Below the pieces are notes generated by a model that was given only the letters and a program-made list of their open reading frames with translations, made no database searches and was not told where the DNA came from. A DNA stretch of 64,000 nucleotides from Octopus vulgaris (lineage: Eukaryota): the NCBI GenBank assembly GCA_951406725.2, contig OX597827.1:4836001-4900000 (forward strand). Direction: 5' to 3'. A program made the position numbers and the translations under genes. This document shows positions 63,488 through 64,000 of this stretch, piece by piece. The first letter of the stretch is position 1. Each line of letters begins with the position of its first letter.

Positions 63488-63692
63488 GTTTCGGATAACG
63501 TCAGACTACTACAGCATCTGTTTGGAAGCCTCTTTCAATCACCTATTAGATAGGCCATAGTTTACCTTGATGCCATTTCTCTACATGACTGTAGAACTAT
63601 TTCTTGTGGAAGTTTGGCATTTCTGGAAATGTTCCTTCAGTTTTGACATGGTGGACTCGATGGTAGTTTATGTGAACGTTGTGGTTGTCAAG
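63488..63692 (+). other. Candidate spliced exon of the plus-strand transcript
   Basis: ttccattttttcag| acceptor and AAG|GTAACG donor around a unique island. The 5' part has stops in all frames. An ATG-initiated MPFLYMTVELF...VVVK stays open to the donor. Confidence 0.4.
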
Positions 63693-64000
63693 GTAACGAG
63701 TGCTTCTGAAAACAAAATGGAGGAATAAAAGGTGGTGGCATAAAAAAAAAAAAGGTGACTAATGGAATTCATTTAGTATTTGAAGCTCATGTTAGCTGAT
63801 TTGACTTGAATTAGGTCTAAAGGTGAACAAGATATTGGTGCATTATGACTATCCACATTGGCTAAAACAGTTAGATATGACTAGCACCTGCATACGTTTC
63901 GTAAAATATTATTGCTGGGGTATAGTTTGGTTACTTGGCATATTTTGTAGAATGGGCAATTAACTTGAATCAGAGTATCTTTCCATTGTCAATATGTAAT

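Overview
AT-rich, microsatellite-dense eukaryotic DNA, most likely from an octopus; this is inferred from the recognisable repertoire of tRNA-derived SINEs and RTE 3' ends with (ATG)n tails. I see no intact protein-coding gene, and nearly all listed ORFs are microsatellite or repeat artefacts. The window is largely nested transposon debris: three SINE families with exchanged modules, RTE and R4/Dong LINE relics, a degenerate Ty3/Gypsy element, Tigger/pogo and mariner relics, a fold-back Tc1/mariner element, a MITE with an 8-bp TSD and TTAGGG repeats, several non-autonomous Helitrons (one with a 14 x 102-bp internal array), and Penelope-like fragments with degenerate minimal hammerhead ribozyme motifs. 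A locally CpG-rich unique region at about 36.2-38.0 kb looks like a bidirectional promoter. It has outward-facing splice donors at 36229 (-) and 37637 (+) and a cluster of IRF/ISRE-type motifs, so both flanks may be long introns of two divergent transcripts. Only candidate, apparently non-coding exons of these transcripts are visible.
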